Position numbers and translations under genes: made by a program. Below are positions 1 through 12,687 of a DNA stretch of 64,000 bases, in pieces (position 1 is the stretch's first letter; every line of letters begins with the position of its first letter). Under the pieces are notes generated by a model that saw nothing but the letters and a program-made list of their open reading frames with translations, was not told the origin of the DNA and did no database searches. Where the stretch lies: the NCBI RefSeq assembly GCF_009834535.1, contig NC_045697.1, positions 46,440,001-46,504,000 of the forward strand. The letters are read 5' to 3'. Source of the DNA: Camelus ferus. Lineage: Eukaryota.

Positions 1-121
1 CCATCTTTGAGGAAGGCTGGAGCATGGTGGTAGCAGTACTTTTCTGGCTGGTCCTAAGGTTTTACATATTCCCGTCTGTGGACCAGATCTGAGTTTTTCC
101 TCCTCTGTCAGTTGATCATAA

Positions 122-548
122 TTGTTTCAGATTGGGTTTCCCAGGAAGCAGAGTCTGTTCAAAGGATTTAACATGCAAGAGGTGTATCAGAGTGTGCTCT
201 TGAGAACGTATCTGTGGAAGGAAAAAGGGTGAGGCAGGACTGGGCAGAGATGCGAGCTGTGATGCAGTATCCGTGGAGCACCTCTGCTTGCCCTGCAAAC
301 AAGACTGAAGACCAGAAGACTCCTGAGATCTGTCCTGAGCTCGGGCGAGAGAATCAGATCTTTGTATGCCTTTTTCAGTGATCACCGAATGTAGGCTACT
401 CAAGATGGGGGGTGATCTCAGGAAAGGAGGCTCTTTTCAACTAAGGCAACCTCCAAAGGGCTGACAGCGAGGGCTATTACAGTGTGTGGGATAATGAGTC
501 TTTTATTCCTGAAGGGAAATTTGGGAAGTGAATGTCAGCATATACCAG
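122..548 (-). mobile_element. ERVL solo LTR, LTR16A-like
   Basis: The plus strand starts tgtttcagattgggtttcccaggaagcagagtctg, the reverse complement of the LTR16 3' end. The internal ctcttttcaactaaggcaacctccaaagggctgacagcgagggct matches the LTR16A core in reverse. Confidence 0.75.
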
Positions 549-1415
549 AGCAGTCAACCTCTAGAAGGTATAATTTGAAGGAAAGGCATTGGTACAGCAG
601 AGATGGTTTTCATGGGAGTCTGCTTATGTGGTTTGCTTGTTCTTTCTGAACCTGAATAAAACATTGTCCCCACTGATACTTGGGGTTGCTGCTGTACACT
701 GGACCTTAGGGCTTGGCTGATCAATAATACCTAGCTCCTGTGAGCCGTTCTGCCCACAAAGTCATTTGGTATCCCAGGTAAGGTTCCAGATCTGCATTCT
801 CATATTTTCAATTCATAGGAGATAAGCAAGCTAAATGACTATCTAGAAATCTATCACATTGGTGAAGACCTTGCCCTCAGGAAACATCCAGCTCTGTTAT
901 CAATAGCCATGGTTTACTGATAACAATAGCAACTCCATGGAGAATTAGCGTATTGAAACACTAGGGTACAAATCAAAGTTGAAAGTTAACATATGAAGTC
1001 GCTCTTTTAAACAGAGATATTTCATGGCGGGAACACTATGAAACAGCTGAGCAAAAAGAACATCCATGATATGTGATAGGAATCCTTACAAAGTATCTTC
1101 AATTCACTCTTTTGGAGTCTAATATATGAATATAGTCATAATTGAAATTTCTTTGTTTATAATGTTTTCTTCTCAGAATATAGTTTTATAGAACCCTTGG
1201 GTTACTACCACCCTTAGCATCTTAACATCTGCAGATCTTAACATCTTCTGGTTAGTGCCTTTGTCTATAATTAAGCAACTATATTTAAAAAGATTAATCC
1301 TCTAGAATATACACCAATCTTTTAATAATTTATTTTGATACTTGACACCTGTAAGTGGATTTACCAATGGATGTAGCTATTGGGGGAATTTATATATAAA
1401 TATGTATAATAAGTA

Positions 1416-1417
<2 letters not shown>

Positions 1418-1461
<44 letters not shown>
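1418..1461. repeat. Compound (GT)n(TA)n microsatellite
   Basis: Directly visible: about 15 GT units followed by about 7 TA units. Confidence 0.97.
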
Positions 1462-1559
1462 GTCCAATATAATACTTTTAGAATATAAATATGAAAACTT
1501 GAGAGAAAATTAACCTAAATTACATGGACTATGCCTATCTCAAATCTGCAGGATTACGT

Positions 1560-2062
1560 GGTGTTTTGAAGAGAAACTGAACTCTCCCCATCAAGATCTG
1601 AGGTCTAAAGCTTCTTCCTTTTGAACCTGGACCAGCTTTAGTGACTCTTATTATTAACCGAACATAGTAGATGGGAGCTGTATAACTCCAAGGCTGGATC
1701 AGAAGAGACCACGAAGCTTCCACCTGGCTGTCTTGGAAAGCTCACTCTGACGGAAGTCAGAAACCATGCAATAAGTCTGATTATCCTGCAACCAGTATGC
1801 TGGAGAAGACAAAAGCAGATGCCCTAGTCAACAGCCCAGCTGAGCCATCAGCCTATAATCGACTCCAAGGGTCAGCACTTGAGAGCCGTCTTCGACAGCC
1901 AGCCCATTCAGACTTTCCTATGACTGTATCCCAGCCAATGTCTGAGTGCATCCATATCAGAGCCAAGCATTCCTCAAATTTCTAATCTATAAAATAAGAA
2001 GCAAAGTGAAATGTTTGTTTCTAGAATTTTGGGGTTAATTGTTAGACAATGATAATAACCGA
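1560..2062 (+). mobile_element. MaLR solo LTR, MLT1H-like
   Basis: Motifs ctcccatcaag, gcttccacctggc, gtcaacagcccagctgagcc and terminal ttttggggttaattgttagacaatgataataaccg are typical of MLT1G/H. Confidence 0.75.
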
Positions 2063-2690
2063 TTAGTGTGTGCCAAGTTCTCTGCTCTGTGCATTATTTC
2101 AATCGACTCCTTTAATACTGACACTGATGCAAAGTTAAGTGTCATTTCATTTTAGAGATGAGGGGTTGGAAGTGGACATTGAGAAGACGTGATTGCTGGT
2201 TGACCCACAAGTTGCACCTGGGCAATCAGGGGCTCCTCACCCCCTCCCCTATCCTCAGAATGTGTGTTCTGCCCATCATTCCCATGGTGGGAGCCGTTTT
2301 CGAGGATGGACCCTTGAGAGAGTGATGTGTTGTTAAGACCATCTGGACAGGGTATGTGACTGAAGCCCTTTCAGGCCTCTATATAAATTTTCAAGATTCT
2401 GGCAGGTGGGTGTGGAAACTGACTCTTCTTGTGGGTGCCAGGGATGAGTTTTGCATGTAAGTCCCCTTGCTTATTAAACCTACCACCTACCAATCCAGAG
2501 TGCTCTGCCTCTTCCTTGGGTTTCTCTCTGTCCTCCACAGATGGGGGCCAGTTTCAAATTTCACCGGGGGAAATCCAGTGGTTCCAAGCCAAGATGACGA
2601 AAGTGAGCTTCAAAGAGGTTAACCTTCTCTTCACGGCACGCAGCTAAGGAGAGGCAGAGCTGAAACTCAAGCCTAAGTTTGCCTGACTAA
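2063..2690 (-). mobile_element. MIR SINE split in two (about 2063-2164 and 2600-2690) by an LTR insertion
   Basis: The MIR core cattttagagatgag (2148-2163) resumes as aaagtgagcttcaaagaggttaac...gcagagctgaaactcaagcc after 2600. Confidence 0.7.
2165..2599 (+). mobile_element. ERV-type solo LTR, family not assigned
   Basis: About 435 bp interrupting a MIR. TATA-like ctatataaat near 2379 is followed about 95 bp later by ATTAAA near 2473 and a U5-like pyrimidine-rich tail. Confidence 0.65.
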
Positions 2691-2751
2691 CCGTAACCTG
2701 AACAATAAGATCTAAAGAATCTTGTATTTGTAGAGTAAAGACCACTCTTTA

Positions 2752-2754
<3 letters not shown>

Positions 2755-2789
<35 letters not shown>

Positions 2790-2830
2790 AAAAAAAAGAA
2801 AAAGAAAAAGAAAAAGAAAAAAGAAAAAAG
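2755..2830 (+). repeat. Poly(A) tract grading into (AAAAAG)n
   Basis: About 33 uninterrupted A, then GAAAAA-type units. Confidence 0.97.
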
Positions 2831-3677
2831 CAACATATCTGATACTAATTGAATTAGAAATATCCATATTCAAATAAAATAATTAAAAGATTTTCTCGGG
2901 TTCAGCATGTGTAGCCTGGAAATGAAAAATCTGGATGAGAGAGCCCTAGTGAAAAACAAATTTAACTATTACCATATGAACATTGTTGCCTGGATAGTGA
3001 TGGTGCCAAATGGCTGAGCAAAAGGTATTGGAAATAATCTGTAACAACTTTTGTAAAGATGTTCTGGCATAAAAATGAAGAACAATTTTATTTTGAAATA
3101 ATGAAAAGCATGAGTGAAAATATAATTAGTATCTGTAAAAAGTGAATCATTATAGTGCTTTGCTTTGAATGACCTTTGATGAAATTCACGTTCTTCAATA
3201 AACCATTACCCATTTTACCTGACATTTAAAAAGGAGAAATCAGGTTTCTTTTCTTTTCTTTTTTTGCCTTTCATCCCCTTTATATCATCTATCAAAACAA
3301 AAATATCAGACTTAAACTACTGTCTCATATGCCAAGACTGATTGAGGAACTATAATTATTCTTGTTCACACACTAAACATATTTTTTATTTGTTCTGATT
3401 ATGTAAGTGGTTTGTAATTTATTTATCCCGAATAAAAACTATTTTCCATTTCTATTCTGTTTCACTTACACAGTTTTTTACATATTAACTCTCAATCCAG
3501 GCAAAGAAACGCTTCATCAGTGACGACCCCTTCATCTCCCTCACTCTCCTTCAGAGGTGTCTTCCTTTATTCTGCGTGATATTTGACATTCGGGGAATAG
3601 GTTGGATGTTTAAAATCCTATATTTATTAGTATTTGGCTTGTTTGATCCATGCTTTTTGATTATTCGTATGTGTAAG

Positions 3678-3782
3678 CATCATCTGGGGAATGCATGATA
3701 AGAACAGTCGATTCCTGGACCACATTGCCAGAGATCCTGATCTGAAGGGTGCAGAGCTGGGCTGAGGGATCTACAGTTGTAA
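3678..3782. mobile_element. MER5A-like hAT-Charlie DNA transposon fragment
   Basis: catctggggaatgc...gattcctggaccacattgccagagatcctgatc...gggctgagggatctaca resembles the MER5A internal consensus. Confidence 0.6.
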
Positions 3783-4184
3783 GGAGGAGTCTAAGACTCT
3801 GTTTGCAGGCGGATCTTTCTGCATATACTCTTGTCTTTCAGACTATTTACCTCCAGTGTTTCTACATAGAATTTTTCCTCATAATCTATAAAATTGTCGT
3901 ATCTTATCTTAAAATGATCATCAACTGAAATGAAAATGGAAAGGACAAAGCCAGGAAAATTCCTCTCCCCACAATTCATCTTTGTATTAATTCAGCAACA
4001 AACCTTACTAAGTAATCTCTATTACCAGACAATCCCTCGGTATTCAGAATATAAAATAACACAAGACAACTGCTCACTAAGATGCCTATTATAATAGGTC
4101 TCTGTACTTCAAAATCTGTGTTTCCCAGAAGTAATCATTTCTCTCCTATATCCTTTCTTTGCTGTTAAATTAGTGTGTAATACA

Positions 4185-4363
4185 TTAAGAGAGGGTGCTT
4201 TGAAGTTTTCATTTGCAAAGATGCTATTCAAATCCTCTGTCACCAACGAATTGTGATGTGGAATAAGAATAAATTTTTTATTCATAAAATAAGGATAATA
4301 ATATTCAATTCACAGAATTTTTTTTAAGCATTTCAAAATTTTCAAAAATAAATAAGATAATGT
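4185..4363 (+). mobile_element. Degenerate MIR
   Basis: ttcaaatcctctgtcacca...taaaataaggataataat...aaataagataatgtg follows MIR motif order. Confidence 0.5.
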
Positions 4364-4364
4364 G

Positions 4365-6910
4365 GGGGCTCTGCCTCCAGTATAACAGTGCAAGGAATTC
4401 TATGGACTTGCTTCCAGCAAAACTGATAAAAAATATTTTTATAAAAAGCAACTATTTAAAGTCTCTGGAAATGGATCTAAGAGCACACAGCAAATGAAAA
4501 AATATTCATTCAGGAATATCTACTACAACTTGGCAAGAACAGCAAGAGTTGATGGTATTTGAACCAAGACCCAACTCTCTCCTTTGCTCTCCCATCTCAG
4601 CAAGACAGAAACTCCACTCCAGAGTTGTGTAACCAAGGATGCAGGACTCACTCTCATTTCTAGCTCCAAGTCAGAGGGCTATTTTCCTAGGAGAGGCAGC
4701 ACAACAGCATTTCTCATCCTGATCCCGACTGTCTGTTGCTGAACCTAGGTTCTGAGCAAGTGTGACTGACAGGCAGGGGCTCCTGTCTCCCACTCAGCCC
4801 CCACTCGCGGGCAGAGGCTATCTTGGGTGGAGCCTCACTGAGAATGCCGAAGCCTGTCCTTTGCCTTGCTTGTCAGGTGGGTGGAGGTTCCATGTTGAGA
4901 GAGGCAAGCAGACAAAACCCGAGGCTACAGTTTGCCCCCTTCCACTCAGCACTCAGCACCAAGGCAAGTGTGTCTTTCTGTTGACCCCACGCCTAGCTCC
5001 GGAGCTATGGCTAATACGTTTTGCCTGGAAGGAGAATCAGGTTGCATATTAGAAAGCTCTGACTCCTTTCCCAAAAGAACTGATTTCATTTGCAATAGGG
5101 TGTAGAGAAATTTAAACTTCAAGGTGTCCTCAAAACTAGCAGGATTATGGCAACAAACATATGATAGGAGGTTGGTAGATTCATTGGGGATATAGGCAAA
5201 AGTGTTGGCTAGCTGTTTGCCAGAGAGGTGGGGAAAGAGGCAGGGGGAGGAACACTTCCTGGGCCAGAACAAATCTCAGACAGGAGCTACCCCTTCAAAG
5301 CAGCCTAATTTCACTGGATGTAATTTCATGGGGTCTAATTTCATTGGATAGGTCGGCTGAACAATTCATACCCTAGGATATTGTTGAAAACAATACAGCA
5401 AGTAGCTGGCAATCACAGTAGTGCAACTAACTTGGTGCAGGCAGGGGAAAAGACAGTCAAAGGAAGTCCTGCCAAACACTGTCGTTTGAGGTTGATGTGG
5501 GCTATCCAAGGCTGTGTGCCTCAGCAAACCGCATCAGAGGCTTCACAGAGTGGTGGGTCGGGGTGGGGTGGGTGATCTACTTCACAAAAATGGTCCAGTC
5601 CATAACAATAACAGACCCTGGCAGGGAGAGGCCAGCACCAGAATTGCCAGAATATGTTATCTCTAATGTCACTTCCAACAAAAAAAATTATGACACATGC
5701 AAAGAAACGAGAACATATGACCCACACACTGGGAAAAAAGCAGTCTGTGAGTGACTCGATGTCAGGGTTAATAGATGAAGACTTCAGAGTGGCATTATAA
5801 ATATATTTAAGAAACTAAAATGAGACTATGATGAAAGACATACAGAAAGGTAATAATAGCAATGTTGCAACAAATAGAGTATCAATAAGGAGATACACAT
5901 TATAAAAGTAAGAACTAAAAGGAAATAAGAACTACAGTTGAAATTTTCAGTAACTTAAATGAAAAATTCTTTGGCAGAACTCAAGAGTAGCTTGGAACAA
6001 GTCAGAGTAGTAATTAGCAAAGTGAAAATAGACTGATAGAGATAATGCAATCTGAAGGACAGAGAGAAGAAAAGAATTAAAATATATATATATTCAGAGA
6101 AATATGAGACAGTACTGAGCACACCAACATACACACAATGTGAAGAGAGAGAAAAGAGAAAAAAAGAAATAGTTGAAAACCTGCCAAATATGTTGCAAAA
6201 CATTACACATCCATGAAGCTCACAAACTCGTAGGCCAAGTGCAGAGATCCACAGACAGGCAAGTCGTGGTACACATGGTGAACGCCAAAGGCCAGGAGAA
6301 AACCTTGAAAGCAGCAAGAGAAAAACGACTCATCCCACACAGAGAACCCCCCAAAATTACCAGGTGAATTCTCCTCAGGAACAGTGGTGGTCAGACAGCG
6401 GTGGGATAACATGCCCAATGTGCTCAGAGTGAAGACTGTCAACCAAGAATCCTACAGGCAGCAAAGCTATCACTCAAAACAGAAAGGAGAAAAAAGACTT
6501 TGAAAGATAAACCAAAAGTAAAATAGTGTATTATTCATAGACCCATCTTTGAGAAACACTAAAGGAAGTTTTTCAGGCTAAAAGCAAATGATCTCATATT
6601 TTTCAAATCCACAGAAGGAAACAAAGAACACTTATAAAGGCAAAAATGTTAATTGTGAAAGAGAGTATGAATGTATATTTCTTATCTTTTCTTCTCTTAA
6701 GTAATTTAAAAATCAATTGTATAAAACAAAACAATATGTATATAATGACTTTTTGAGCCTATAACACACAGAAATGTAATATATTTGCCATTAAGAGCTC
6801 AAAGGAGGTGGGTGGGAACACAGCTCAGCAGGGCTAAGGAAATGACTCCGGAGGTTAACTCGAATCCACAGAAATAAATCAATACATCCAGAAGTGGTAA
6901 ATGATGAATA
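4365..6910 (+). mobile_element. Ancient LINE-1 (L1M) 5' UTR plus decayed ORF1, no ORF2 or 3' end
   Basis: ORF 6173-6367 contains QEKTLKAAREKR, a match to the L1 ORF1p KEKILKAAREK motif. Downstream tgtcaaccaagaatcctacaggcagcaaagctatca encodes CQPRILQAAKLS, similar to ORF1p CQPRILYPAKLS. The upstream sequence resembles an L1MC/MD 5' UTR. Confidence 0.88.
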
Positions 6911-8859
6911 CTCTTGGTCTTTCCCCAAATCTGTCTTTGCTAACTGAGATACTGACTTAACTTACTCTGTTTTTCACCCTCTCCCAAGAACCTAGGGGGT
7001 CCCTAGGCTGGCATGCTTTTGTGATGCTGGAGAAGGGACAAGAGGTGGGAGCCAAGGATCAGCAAGGGGTCTCTCTGCTGCATTTCCCAGGGGAGTTGAA
7101 GCCAGGAGAGTTAAGAGATGTGTGTGAGGAAAGAGGAATTAAAGAAGGCTGGTTGTGGAATCCCATCATGATATTCAATCAGTTTAAGCAAAAAAGAGAA
7201 TTTATTTTGAAATTAACTTCTATTTACTGATCTGCACCTTTGACAGAAAGCTACCTGATCTACGTGATCCTTAGGAGAAAAGCACCCACCACCACCTCTC
7301 TAGCCTTCCCCATATTTGCTTCAAGTCTTTCATTAGCGATGTTTTCATCCTGTATCTTGGACATTTTACCACTTGATGCAAATGGTACTTTTTATTTATT
7401 TTTACATCAATAATGGTAATAATCATTTTATTACTATATCAATAATACTAATTATTAACATTTCCTAGCCAAATAAGAGGCAGTTTGAAATAGAAGGAGT
7501 AATTGATAGATCTGTTTCAGTATAGTTTCCATCATACATATCCTGGTGTCTTTGGACTATCCATTTAAATTCTTTTTGAGTATCAAGTCTCTAACCTATT
7601 GAATGATGGGCATAACTTGGTCAAGGGTCCCGTGAATAGACTTCAGTAGGTTTAAGAACACCCAGAAATTCTATACACAATTTTCCCAAGATACCTTATA
7701 GCTTTAAAATTATACAATGGCATTAACTGAACATCACATTTTCCAGTCAAAATTTGCTTACTTCTTGCCATGTAAAATGTGATTGTTTCTCAATTTATTC
7801 AGTGTTCGGTTGTCTATGGAAATAACAAAAGAATGGATTAAAACATTACGAACATGGTGTTGGAGTCTCCTACTATAAATTTCTGCTTCTATGACTCCTT
7901 CAATTCACAAGGGATGTGTGACTGCTCTTGTATTGGGATCAAAAGATAAGTCTCCATTCTGTTTTTGTTTCTTTACGTCTCTTTCTCTTTTTTTCTTTTT
8001 AGCAGAAGCATCTTAATAGGTCATTCAACCCAGCCCCGAAGGTTGAAGATGAGGAGACTGAAGGAAACCCTGCACTCTGCTGATTTAGCGAAGATGACAC
8101 TTCTAGTCCTGAACAGCCCTGGGGTCAGTGCCTTTCCACTCCTCTCTCCAGTCCTTTTGCAGCCTAGGTTTACTCTGCTGAGGTTTTACAGCCCTGTTTT
8201 GTATTCAGATTCATAAACTCTACTGTCCATTGGAAAAAGTAGAAGAAAGTGAAAATATGATAATGTGATTCAGTCAGTAGTGGGATGAAGCAAGAAAAAA
8301 AGATTTATTTACAAATGTTTGTGCTGGTATAGCTTTGTTTCATTTCTGGTGAAATGGGTAAAATAATTTAAATGAATCTTATTTTTTAATTGATGCATAG
8401 ATTACACTTTTTGTGCTTGAAAGCAGAGATAAATTTTACTCACAATTTAATTCTTATCTTCAGAGTCTTAGCCAACACTTTGTCTATGGAGGATTGGGAT
8501 GTGACTCAGTGCACAAAATAAGGATAGAAAGTGGAAAGCATATTCTATGTGTAATATTAAACACAGAGAACACACTTACTTTCCTTGGTATCTGTGGCTT
8601 GGTCAAAATCACCTCAAAGTTTGAGGACCTTTATTTACCCCCACAGAACACTAAACCACATTTCTCCAAGGAGTTGGGGAAATACACTGTTTGAATCTTG
8701 TTTATCGAGAACAATGGAGTATTTTCCAGGGGACTGTTTCTGATACAAGCACGTAGAGCTTGTAAAAGAACAGTCAACATACATAAGCAACATTTATATG
8801 ACCACCTGTGGAAGGATATAGGAAAATTTTATATCCTAGAAAACGCTTGAAGAAGGCAT

Positions 8860-9329
8860 ATAGGTCAGGGTCCTCTCTGAAAAAATAAATCCATTTGAAG
8901 TCCTTGAACATAAGAAAGTCAACATAGGGAGTTTCTGGTGCATGAATAGAAGAACTGAAAGCTAATCTGGTTTTGGTTGGGGCAACTCAGAGATTAGCCA
9001 CAGCAAGAAGGTCTTAGTTTCCTGAGGGAGAGAGAAACAAAGGAGGAAATGATTTTGTTAGAATCCAGAAGCCAGGGTATCTGAAGAGTGGTGGAACCAG
9101 GCTACTTGGCGGGAGTTGGAGCTGGGGATGAGTTTCAGTACCTGTAAAAATAGCTACTGGAAACAGAAACATCCAGGCTTCTCGTCCGCACTTTCTAATC
9201 TTCAGTGAGTTTCTCCCATTGCTAAACTTGCTGGGAAGTTGAGAGTAGGGAGCCCGGGAAATGCAGATTAATACAATGCAGAGCAGAGCAGGGAAACAGT
9301 GGAGAAGGACTCTGATAACAGACAGGCAG
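8860..9329 (-). mobile_element. Ancient eutherian LTR fragment (LTR78/79-like, family uncertain)
   Basis: ctcccattgctaaacttgctgggaagttgagagtagggagcccgggaaatgcag resembles a motif of old eutherian LTRs. Confidence 0.45.
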
Positions 9330-9980
9330 TGTTATTGGTAGATGTAGCCGGTGTCCAGGTTCTTGCCCCATCCCAGAAAGAATTCAGAGACAAGACAAAG
9401 AGGTTAAGAAAGTTAAGGGAAGACTTACTAAGGGATGGACAGTACACTCTCGAGGGGAGAGCAAACAGTCCCAGGTGAGCGGCTGCCCTGAGTTTTTTGG
9501 CAAGTTGGTTACATAGGGTGTAAAAATGAATGGGTAGAATATTCATTGGGAAGGGAAAGGTTTGGGGTCATATTCCCTGATTTTCATCCCAACTCCACCT
9601 TTCCAAAGGGAGGAGAGATTTTTCTTATTTAGTCCAGATCAGAAGTGCCATGGCATTGGTGCATGATGGGTACTTCTAATCTGCAAGGCTAATTTTATTG
9701 AAATGAGTGCATAATAAGCAGAAGGTTGCATTCAGACACTGGAGATTCCTGCCTTTTCCTACATTTCTTTGTTGGCCTCCAGGCTTCTCATCACCCCAGA
9801 AAGTGTAACCACTTATCAGCCCAGAGGATCCTGCTTTTCTTTCTCTGCCCAGGGACCCCTGGTGCTTACATAATGGGGTTTCCTGTATTTGGCTTGTGCC
9901 CCTCCTTTCTGCCCAATCCCTGCCATCTGGCCTGTGTCCCCCTTTCTCTGCTCATATCTAGCTCTCTGCCTGCTCTAAAA
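9330..9980 (-). mobile_element. ERV1-like solo LTR
   Basis: Begins tgttattggtagatgtagccggtgtccaggttcttg...aaagaattcagagacaagac, the reverse U5 of MER4/ERV1-group LTRs. Ends gcctgctctaaaa. Flanked by GCAG/GTAG, a 4-bp TSD with one mismatch. Confidence 0.8.
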
Positions 9981-10157
9981 GTAGAGGAATTATTTCTTTG
10001 CAGAAACAATATCAAATACTCAAACGATTAGATGGCAACATAAGAAAAGATATAACCAAGTACTCAAAATTATCCAGATGACTACAAGAGACATCAAATA
10101 TGAGAAATGTCTCCGGTTGGAAAGGAAAAGTGTGCAGGAATCAGGAAAATTAAGTTA

Positions 10158-10705
10158 TGCTGGGACGTGGGCTGTGACCAGATTTTGTTGGGGGAAATGG
10201 CAGGCCAGAGCACAGGTGGTGAAAGAAGAGGATTTAGAGGGTTTAGAACAAAGGGAAAGTTTTATAGACACGCTGTTACAGGCGACAGTGGGCCACGCAG
10301 ACAAGAGGTGCCTGTGTGAGCAACCAGGTGAACGTAGGGTTTTTTATTGAGGGGAAGGGGCTGTAAACACAAGGGGTAGGGGGCTGCATGATTGATTTGT
10401 GCATAGGTACCTGATTGGTTGTAAGATCTGTCAGGTACTACTCTGAATACCAGATTTACAACTCTGATAAGGACTGGACATCTGCCTGGGGCATTGTGAG
10501 GCGCAGTTTCCTGGGGCGGTTAGTTTTATTAGGGTAAACACACATCCAGAGAAAATGCTTTTATCTTGCAGAAATGCAGGTATGCAAGGGTCCTGCAGTG
10601 GGGAGTGGGGTTAAGGTGTCACCAGGCTCAAGGCACACAGAGAGCCCTGGAATGGGGATTTTATGAACTTTAGAGCGGCTTCAGGAAGCTCTAGCCAGCT
10701 CCACA
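10158..10705 (-). mobile_element. ERV-like solo LTR, right boundary uncertain
   Basis: Same architecture as neighbouring LTRs: a TG start, a purine-rich reverse U5 with gttttata, and reverse CCAAT (gattggt) near 10414. No clear TSD found. Confidence 0.6.
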
Positions 10706-10907
10706 GATTTGATTTAGAAAGAAAGCAGGGAGGTATCAACGGTAGAGATGCAGCGTTAAAAAAAGACAGAGATAAGAATTATTCTGAAGTATGTGCGCGA
10801 GGTAGGGGTGGAGAAGGAAGGAGGTGGGCATGGCAGTCAAGTGAGGAGACCAGGAGAATAATTCCTTCCTCTTCTTTCCCTCTCTTTTATCCTTACTTCC
10901 CTTTCCC

Positions 10908-12195
10908 ATTAAATCAACAGATGTTTACTGAGTACTTTTTATTTGCACATACAGTAGCCTATAGTAGGTACAGGATATGCACTGAATAAAAAGGCCTCAC
11001 TCTTGCCTTTGGGGACCTTACTGATGCAGAAAAAATGGATGTAGGGCGTGAGGAGGGCCACGTTCCAGGCTTTGGTTGAGCCCTGGGACGTGCCCTGCCA
11101 AGTGTGGGTCCTTGGCTTCGCGAAGGAAAGAATTCAAGAGCGAGCCACAGTTGAGTAAAGGTAGATTTATTTACAGAGATACATCAAAAGACAAGAGAAA
11201 GGCCACGAGGTGTGGGGGTTGGGTGCTCAGATTAGAGTAAAAGTAGGTACACACTCCATAGACAGAGTGTGGGCCGTCTCAGAAGGGGGAGACATAGAGG
11301 GTGGTGGCAGCGAGCCGTGTTGCTGGTTTTTATCGGCTTGGTGGCTTCATATGCTACTAAGTGGAAGGACCAGTCTAACTAGCCTGGGGAAGGGGCTGGG
11401 ATTCCCAGGAAGTTGGCCATTTCCCACTCTTTGACCTTTTGTGGCTAGCTCTGGGACTGCCATGGTGCCTGTGGGCATGTTATTTACCATGTTAATACAT
11501 TACAATGATGCTCAAGATCTGCTAGAAGTCAAATCTCCCACCATCTTGAGCCTCAGGGCCTACTGAAGGTTAATCTTCCACCATTTTGATGTTAATTGCT
11601 GTATCATTCCTTGAATGGCTATGCCCTGCCCCCTTCCTGTCTCATTACTGTTTAATTAAAGAAATAGCCAATAAATCATTAAACAAACAAAAATGTAATT
11701 TTAAATTGTGTGTGAAAAGGCTATAAAGGAAACAAACAGGGTGACATCAAGCAGAAAAATATTCAGTAATAAGAGACAGATTGGGGCTTTTGACCCCTCA
11801 TGCAGAAAACATTAAACAATATTTGGGGCATATTTCCTGGTACAGTGGAAAACTACTCGTTGCAGATTCTTAACCAAGGAAGTTGTATGGGAGGAAATGA
11901 CAGTTTTTGCATTTTTTGATCGTCAGACTGGACTCGATATACGAGGCTATGATAGCAACATGAACAAAAATTGAATTTAGACTGTCAGCAGTTGTGGACA
12001 GAGAGAAAGCAAACTAGCCAACACTTAATGGCAAACTTGATTCAGGGTTTAAGAAGAAGTCAAAGTTGATAAGTATCATTTGGGAGGCCAGAATAATCAT
12101 GATGTCATTAGTAAAGAAAGAGATGTTGGGGAAAGAAGCAGATTTACAGGGGAAAGCAATCAGTTTTGAACACATAATTTTAAAGATGATGTCCA
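10908..12195 (-). mobile_element. L2 LINE 3' region, interrupted by the LTR at 11022-11644
   Basis: tcaacagatgtttactgagtac...cttgcctttggggaccttac is the reverse L2 3' end. L2-like sequence resumes after 11648 through agttttgaacacat. Confidence 0.7.
11022..11644 (-). mobile_element. ERV1-like solo LTR (623 bp) with perfect 4-bp TSD
   Basis: TG...CA termini (tgatgcag...ctgtctca), TTAC on both sides (11018-11021 and 11645-11648), minus-strand AATAAA near 11166, retained CpGs. Confidence 0.92.
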
Positions 12196-12687
12196 TTAGA
12201 AAAGTGATGCAGCCAATTCTCCTGATGTGATCGATTTTATTTATAAATAACTAATAGAGAGAAATTGGGGTGCAAGGGTATATTCTTAGAAATTTGGAGT
12301 TTTGTAATATCATGCTTTTAAGGCGATGACAGAATATACAGTGGGATTGTTCTCACATAGTATGATAATCCATATACAGTTAAAACTGTTTATAACAGCT
12401 GAGTCTGAGAAGCGTGTTATATAGCTTAGGGTCCCAGAGATTGTTCACAGAATGCAGTAGGTACTCAGACTACTTAATGATGGTTAATTAGAATTATGCA
12501 GATCCCTGAGAAGGCAAAGATACCACTCAGGATCATTGAAGTGCTGATTCTGCTTTCTTGTCCTGGATTGTATGTAGCCTTGCAGACACTGAATGTGATA
12601 CAAAAGCAGGGAAAAGTCTAATTTGTCTTAATACTAATTTAGGGTGAAACGCACTGATTTTTAGAAAACTATTCTGGCACAGGCACC

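Noticed and set aside
6930..7290. Possible ancient LTR fragment after the L1
   Set aside because: The composition is suggestive, but I could not support termini or a family motif.
9330..11644. Intact provirus with paired LTRs
   Set aside because: The LTRs are not copies of one another, two have their own TSDs, and no primer-binding site or gag/pol/env sequence is visible between them.
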